The notes beneath the pieces are model-generated. The model made no database searches and had not been told where the DNA came from. It was given only the letters and a program-made list of their open reading frames with translations. From Solirubrobacteraceae bacterium (GTDB taxonomy: Bacteria > Actinomycetota > Thermoleophilia > Solirubrobacterales > Solirubrobacteraceae), in assembly GCA_035702755.1 (NCBI GenBank), contig DASSZQ010000331.1:478-64477 (forward strand): 64,000 bases of DNA, given 5' to 3'. The position numbers and the translations under genes were made by a program. Of the stretch, positions 60,919 to 64,000 are shown piece after piece; the first letter of the stretch is position 1; each line of letters opens with the position of its first letter.

Positions 60919-61962
60919 ATGGAGGACGAGGAGCGCCGCGGGCAGGACGCCGTCTCCGGCCGCACGCGGCGCAGACGACGAGGCTGGCGTGCGGCCGCGA
61001 CCGTCGGCGTCGGCGTGATCTCGGTCGCGCTGCTGCTGTGGGTGGCGCCCCCGGGGCAGGTCATGACCCAGATCGGGAACATGGATCCGGCCTGGGTGCT
61101 GGCGGCGGTGGGGTTCGAGCTCGCCTCCTGCCTGAGCTATGTCGTCGTCTTTCGCCGGTTCTTCCCGGAGCCCCCGCGCGCGGTCAGCCACCGTGTCGCC
61201 TGGATCGCCATGGGCGCCGGGGCGGTGCTGCCCGGCGGCAACATCTCATCGGCCGCGGCCACCGGCCTGTTGCTGCGCCGCCACGGCGTCGACACCCGCC
61301 GGCTGGTCAAGCGCTGCGCCGCGCTGCTGTGCCTGCTGACCGGGTTTGGCTTCTTCGTCAACGGCCTGGCCGGCGTGGTGCTGCTCGCCGGCGCGCCCGG
61401 CGGACCCCATGACCTCAGCCACACCGTGCTGCCGATCCTCGTCTCCGTCGTGGTGCTGGGGACCGCCGCGCTGGTGATGATGGGCGCCCGACGGGTCGGC
61501 GCCGGCGCGCCGCGGCCGATCCGGGGGATCGCCGCCGGGCTGGAGGGGGCGTGGGAGGCGGTCGGAAGCCCGCACTGGCGGCTGCTCGGCGCGGCCGGCT
61601 TCCTCGGCCTGGACATGGCGGCGCTGTGGGCGTGCACCGCCGCCACCGGTCACCCGCTCGGCGCCCCGGCGCTCGTGATCGCCTACTGCATCGGCTACCT
61701 GGCGACGACCCTGCCGATGCCCGCCGGCCTCGGCGTGCTCGACTCCGGGCTGGCGGCGTCCCTGGTGCTCTACGGCTTCTCGCCGGCGGCCTCGGTGGGG
61801 GCCGTGCTCGTCTACCACGCGATCTCCATCTGGGTCCCGGGCGTCGGTGGTCTGGTCGCCTGGCTGCCGGCCCGGCGCCGGCGCCCGGTCACCGCCCCCA
61901 GCGTGGCGCTGCCGGCGCTCGTCGTCATCCCGGCGGCCGAGACGGCGGGCCCGGACGCCTGA
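60919..61962 (+). CDS. Flippase-like / lysylphosphatidylglycerol-synthase transmembrane-region family (UPF0104) membrane protein
   Basis: From ATG 60919 a basic N-terminus precedes about 8 helices. The pattern DPAWVLAAVGFELASCLSYVVVFRRFF is typical of the UPF0104 family. Confidence 0.65.
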   Translation: MEDEERRGQDAVSGRTRRRRRGWRAAATVGVGVISVALLLWVAPPGQVMTQIGNMDPAWVLAAVGFELASCLSYVVVFRRFFPEPPRAVSHRVAWIAMGAGAVLPGGNISSAAATGLLLRRHGVDTRRLVKRCAALLCLLTGFGFFVNGLAGVVLLAGAPGGPHDLSHTVLPILVSVVVLGTAALVMMGARRVGAGAPRPIRGIAAGLEGAWEAVGSPHWRLLGAAGFLGLDMAALWACTAATGHPLGAPALVIAYCIGYLATTLPMPAGLGVLDSGLAASLVLYGFSPAASVGAVLVYHAISIWVPGVGGLVAWLPARRRRPVTAPSVALPALVVIPAAETAGPDA

Positions 61963-62180
61963 CCCGCGGGCCCCGGCCCGGCGCCCGCGGCGGCGCCCCG
62001 GCGGCCTGGTGGGCCCGGCGGCCCGGGGGCCCGGGGGGGCGCGTCGCTCATACAAACGTCCGCCCGTGCCGATACGGGGCGTGACCTTTGCTCCCGCGCG
62101 TGGTCTAAAGAGGCAGATCAACCGCCTCCCGCAGCGGCGGCGAGGCCGGACCGAGGCAACTCACAAGGAGTGTTTTCAGC

Positions 62181-63137
62181 ATGACGATCAGTCTCAGACG
62201 GGCCGCCGCCAGCGCGCTCGGCACCGTGACGGTGCTGGGGGCGATGGCGGGCGTGGCCGACGCGAAGACGTTCCGGGGCGCGGTGGTCCACCACAACCGG
62301 CGCGCGCATTCGTTTGTCGTCGCCGACCGCAGCGGCCACCTCTATGCCGTACACGCCAACCACGCTCCCCGGATCGGCAGCGAGGTCATTGTCCGCGCCC
62401 AGCGCCTGCGCAACGGGACCTACCGCCTCCAGCACGTCCGGCGCGCCGGCCACGCCGCCCGGCACGTTCGCATCCGCGGCGTCGTCAGCTACGTCGACCG
62501 GCGCACCGGCGCGTTCACGGTCTCGGCCCCCGGCGTGTCGATGCTGGTGATCCGCTCCCGCAGCCGCCGCTTCCACGCCGCCGATCTCACCTCCTCCTCC
62601 GGCACGGGGACCACTCCGCCGGTCGGCTCGCCGGTCGTCGTCACCGGCACGGTCAACGACCAGGGCGAGATGGACGACCAGAGCGTCCAGACCGTCGGCA
62701 CCCCGGCCACCAGCATGGATCTGGAGGGAACCGTGCTGTCGGTCGACCCCACCGCGGGGACGATCACCGTCTCGGCCGATGACAGCGAGCAGTCCGGCGC
62801 CTCGGTGGTCGTGACCGTGCCCTCCACCCTGAACATCAGCCAGTTCAGCCAGGGCCAGGAGGTTGAGCTCCTGGTGCAGCCCACCGGCACCGGAACCGCC
62901 ACCCTGCTCGGCTCCTCCGAGGATCAGAGCGCGCAGTCGGCCAACGACGGCGCCAACCAGCAGGGCGACAACCCCAGCGGCGACAGCCAGGGTGGGGACA
63001 GCCAGGGCGGCAGCCAGGGCGGCGACGGCCAGGGCGGCAGCCAGGGCGGCGACAGCTCATCGCAGACCGGCGGGACCGGCTCGCAGACGGGCGCGACCGG
63101 CAGCGGCTCGTCCCAGAGCGGCGGCGGCCACGACTAA
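62181..63137 (+). CDS. Secreted protein (DUF5666-like repeats) with a Gly/Ser/Gln-rich C-terminal tail
   Basis: AAGGAG lies upstream of the ATG. Signal peptide ...LGTVTVLGAMAGVADA. There are three beta-rich modules of the form G-V--VD--TG-FTVSA. The tail is GDSQGGDSQGGSQGGDGQGGSQGGDSSSQTGGTGSQTG. Confidence 0.65.
   Translation: MTISLRRAAASALGTVTVLGAMAGVADAKTFRGAVVHHNRRAHSFVVADRSGHLYAVHANHAPRIGSEVIVRAQRLRNGTYRLQHVRRAGHAARHVRIRGVVSYVDRRTGAFTVSAPGVSMLVIRSRSRRFHAADLTSSSGTGTTPPVGSPVVVTGTVNDQGEMDDQSVQTVGTPATSMDLEGTVLSVDPTAGTITVSADDSEQSGASVVVTVPSTLNISQFSQGQEVELLVQPTGTGTATLLGSSEDQSAQSANDGANQQGDNPSGDSQGGDSQGGSQGGDGQGGSQGGDSSSQTGGTGSQTGATGSGSSQSGGGHD
63003..63056 (+). repeat. 27-nt in-frame tandem duplication (2 copies, 1 mismatch)
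   Basis: CAGGGCGGCAGCCAGGGCGGCGAC[G/A]GC occurs at 63003-63029 and 63030-63056, encoding QGGSQGGDG / QGGSQGGDS. Confidence 0.85.
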
Positions 63138-63210
63138 ACCCCGGTACCGGCACGATCCCCGGCGCCCCGCGCGCCGGGGATCCGCCCCACCGCATAAGCT
63201 CCCGGCCTGA

Positions 63211-64000
63211 GTGAGCCCGCGCCTCTCCCCCTCTGAGCTGTTCCTCAGGGCGCAGACCGACGAGCGCCTCGCCGCGCTCGCCGCCGAGGGTCACGGCCGG
63301 GCGTTTGCCGTCCTCATCGAGCGCCACCGCCGCCCCCTGATGGGACACGCGCGCCGTCTCGTCGGCCCGGAGCGCGACGAGGACGTCGTCCAGCAGGCCC
63401 TGCTGCGCGCCTGGCGGGCGCTGGAGCGGGGCGCCGAGGTCCGCCACGTGCAGGCGTGGCTGCACCGGATCGTGCACAACACGGCGCTGACCGAGATCGA
63501 GCGCCAGATGCCGGCGGCCGAGCCTCTTGACGATGCGCTGATCGACCCCCGCTCGGCCGACGTCGCCGCCGAGCAGCGGCTCGCCGTGCGCGAGGTCCTG
63601 GCCGGCGTCTCCACACTGCCGGAGCGCCAGCGTCTGGCCCTGCTGGGGACCGAGCTTGAGGGTCGCTCGCGGCGACAGCTCGCCGCCGAGCTGGGGCTGA
63701 GCGAGGGGGCCATCCGCCAGCTCGTCTATCGCGCCCGGGACGGCGTGCGGTCGGCGCTGGCGGCGTTTGTGCCCCTCCCGCTCGTCACGCGCGTCATGCG
63801 CGCGTCCGGCTGGCTGCCGGGCACCGGCACGGGCGCCTCGTCGGCCCTGCGGCCGGTCGGCGAGACCGCGGCCGCCTCCGGGCTGGCCACCGGGGCGATC
63901 GTCAAGGCCGGCACCGTCGTGCTGGCCATCGGCGCGGTCGGCGGTCTGGTGCTCCACGATGCCCACGGACACCACCATGCTCGCCATGCCGGGGCGCACC
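63211..64000 (+). CDS. ECF-type sigma-70 factor with a C-terminal membrane-associated extension (runs off the window end)
   Basis: It is not in the ORF track because no stop is reached. GTG 63211 gives VSPRLSPSELFLRAQTDERLAALAAEGHGRAFAVLIERHRRPLMGHARRLVG...DVVQQALLRAWRAL (region 2) and ...LPERQRLALLGTELEGRSRRQLAAELGLSEGAIRQLVYRARDGVR (region 4). A hydrophobic stretch GAIVKAGTVVLAIGAVGGLVL and a His-rich end follow. Confidence 0.75.
   Translation, partial: MSPRLSPSELFLRAQTDERLAALAAEGHGRAFAVLIERHRRPLMGHARRLVGPERDEDVVQQALLRAWRALERGAEVRHVQAWLHRIVHNTALTEIERQMPAAEPLDDALIDPRSADVAAEQRLAVREVLAGVSTLPERQRLALLGTELEGRSRRQLAAELGLSEGAIRQLVYRARDGVRSALAAFVPLPLVTRVMRASGWLPGTGTGASSALRPVGETAAASGLATGAIVKAGTVVLAIGAVGGLVLHDAHGHHHARHAGAH

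Noticed and set aside
62845-63999. 384-aa minus-strand ORF at the window end
   Set aside because: It is antisense to the secreted protein tail and the ECF sigma gene, whose regions 2 and 4 are clearly recognisable. Its composition is low-complexity Arg/Gly/Pro.

Overview
This is a very GC-rich, gene-dense chromosomal segment of actinobacterial type. I cannot name the species from sequence alone. I support about 60 protein genes. I found no rRNA, tRNA, CRISPR array, transposase or integrase. Most content is metabolic or envelope-related. Recognisable modules are: a LysR/MFS pair; a HigB/HigA-type toxin-antitoxin pair; secreted beta-propeller proteins around a GH5 glycosidase; a 2-oxoacid dehydrogenase E1alpha-E1beta-E2 operon with its own lipoate ligase; a GGDEF/HD-GYP protein; two ECF sigma modules; a NOX-like ferric reductase / FMN-binding protein / ApbE flavinylation operon; large secreted repeat proteins; a sulfotransferase-like / class IV aminotransferase pair beside a sulfatase; a kinase-aminotransferase fusion; a patatin; an NCS1 permease; a MacB-type ABC set; Lrp-leucine dehydrogenase-IOR; a persulfide dioxygenase-rhodanese pair; and AdhE. 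The most unusual signal is not a gene. Four colinear copies of a roughly 125-nt element sit in the four largest gaps that hold no intact gene (1631-1755, 16783-16910, 31947-32068, 42269-42396). Each has imperfect terminal inverted repeats and TTCGAGATC-type boxes at fixed offsets. The only larger gap (21362-22006) carries a decayed gene but no copy. Conservation is at the nucleotide level, not in any reading frame. Three decayed gene remnants are also present, and one of them lies next to a copy of the element. Most long ORFs in the six-frame track that lie antisense to these genes are GC-driven shadow ORFs. All functional calls rest on motif recognition by eye, and start codons are approximate.
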